A stretch of DNA of 64,000 bases from Balanoglossus misakiensis. Lineage: Eukaryota > Animalia > Hemichordata. The notes under the pieces are model-generated. The model did no database searches. It was not told the origin of the DNA and saw nothing but the letters and a program-made list of their open reading frames with translations. Shown here in pieces: positions 62,201 to 64,000 of this stretch (position 1 is its first letter; each line of letters opens with the position of its first letter). The stretch spans positions 7,128,849 through 7,192,848 of the forward strand of contig CM082583.2 in the NCBI GenBank assembly GCA_040954595.2, read 5' to 3'. The position numbers were made by a program, and so were the translations under genes.

Positions 62201-64000
62201 GATGTTGGCGATCCTTTCCCATGGTGAAAATTAAGCTGATAAACTTCTTATTGAATTTTGCAGCGCCTCTTTTGAAAGCAAAAATTAATGGATATTTTAA
62301 TTACACCCTGTTTCCCAACAAAGTTCCCATGCATGCTGAGTGGTATTGTGAAATGATGAGTATACGTATTTAGTGCTCGTATCAATTTTTGTGTCTGGTT
62401 ATTGAAGTGCACCATTCATCCGAATTATTTTTCATTTTATTGACACCCGAATATCGTGTCAGATCTGTGATCACGTGATAGTGATATGTTCAGATAACTG
62501 GTCGTACGGCCGGGCAATGTATTACAAAACGAGATATTTTTTTTCAATTCTTTTTGACCCAAAGCTCCTTTTTGTATACTTATAGCGTTTTCATTTCCAC
62601 GTTTTCGCAAAAAAAATAATAAATGGTTTTTGAGTTGCGTTCAGCAAAATTGATAAGGGGTGATATTACAGAGGCATGTTGGGATTGTGATAAAGGTGGC
62701 GGCAGATTGTTTTGCCGCGGTGTATGCCGGTATATCTCATTATGCAGCAATTTTCTATATTTTTCTCGTCATTTTTATTCAACTGCGTGCTCGTTCAACG
62801 GTCTTCCCTCAACATTATTTGCTAACACTTTGTAAACCGCTATTATTAAATACAAGTCCGGACGTATTATCCGCGTGTCAACAATGCGCATGACACGACT
62901 CAGGGAACAGAATGACAAATAAGGCAAGACGTGACAAGGCTCCTTCCTTTCTGATCCCACTGGAGAAGGTGCATAATTCACTCATTTTGAGCAGCGTCAG
63001 AGTGTAGAAATGTCTCACATGCATTCCCGTTGATCAAACAATCATTTAAGTTCCCTCTCATCTGAAGTAGATCTCGTCAGCGAATATATGTTTCACTAAT
63101 GTGTCAGTTGTAGCCTTAGGTTCAAGTGTACTAGAACCGAACCCTGAACCAATACTTAAAATACGTTGGACGTATTAATTAAACTGAACTCGGCTGATAA
63201 AAGAAAATAAACGTAACATTTTCCGAATTAAATGATCATATTTCCGTGGCTCATGTTTTTCTTTAATTTAAAAAAAAATATTAAAGGTACGAATAGTTAG
63301 AAAATGGTAATTGTGATTCTAATGTTTCATGTTAAGAAACGTGATCACGCTTAATTCAGTGTTTTGCCATAGTCACAATGGTGTACCAAAATGTGACGAT
63401 CGAGGTTATTAATCGAGGTTCAGGAGCAGTTGTGAGAAAGAAAGCTTTTGGTGAGTTTACAAACTGAAATACGTGCATGGAGAGCGCATCAAAGTCTGCG
63501 GATAAAAGAAGCTCCTCTAGAAATTATATTTATGACTATGATCGACAGTAAACCTTAATTTTCCGAACTTGAGTGTCAGAATAACAAAGGGACTCGACAT
63601 TAGTGTTAATGATAATTGACCTTGGTGTATAATACATGGACAGCAGGTTGCCTTCATAATTCTACTTATTTACGCTCTATAAGTATACGTCTTGCCTCCA
63701 GCGACGTGTAGCTGCGATGCATTATGGATAAAAGAGAGGGGGTCAGAGGTCAAAGCCGTCAATCTCTGGAAATCACAACACAATCAACCATGATGTACTT
63801 TCATTGGACAATAATATATCATTGTTTAAGTATTTCACTTTGGAATAGCGTGGAATATTTACTCCATCTGTTTGGGTTTTGAATAACATTTTAACTTGAA
63901 TTACACGCCGTGGTGACTGAGTAAATAATATTATTTCCTCCTTTGCATCGTTGAACAAATTTACACCCGGGGGATCGCTCCTATGTGGCAGTTTCATGCA

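Noticed and set aside
1-64000. Conserved miRNA, snRNA or rRNA genes, other homeobox exons (rx, hbn), transposase or reverse-transcriptase ORFs
   Set aside because: None recognised by eye or in the ORF track. Short or diverged examples could be missed without Rfam and RepeatMasker searches.

Overview
This is eukaryotic, animal DNA. The single clearly supported protein-coding gene is orthopedia (otp), a PRD-class Q50 homeobox gene on the + strand. It has three exons (48757-48874, 49385-49662, 57869-58450) that splice in frame to a 325-aa protein with a homeodomain and a C-terminal OAR motif. Exon 1 is missing from the ORF track. The protein looks ambulacrarian (echinoderm/hemichordate-like), which is an inference from recalled Otp sequences. 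About 48 kb upstream and 5.5 kb downstream contain no other recognisable protein gene. That space holds two minus-strand tRNA-Glu(CTC) genes from a local duplication, several microsatellites, one probable decayed coding fragment (about 17.0-17.3 kb) and many motif-dense, enhancer- or promoter-like segments. I found no prokaryote-type system and no demonstrably new biological system. The best leads are regulatory and all need testing: recurrent RFX X-box-like palindromes, paired-homeodomain dimer (P3) sites at the otp promoter, a cryptic terminal exon in intron 2 that would remove the recognition helix, orphan promoter signatures, and a CpG-type divergence pattern between the two tRNA genes.
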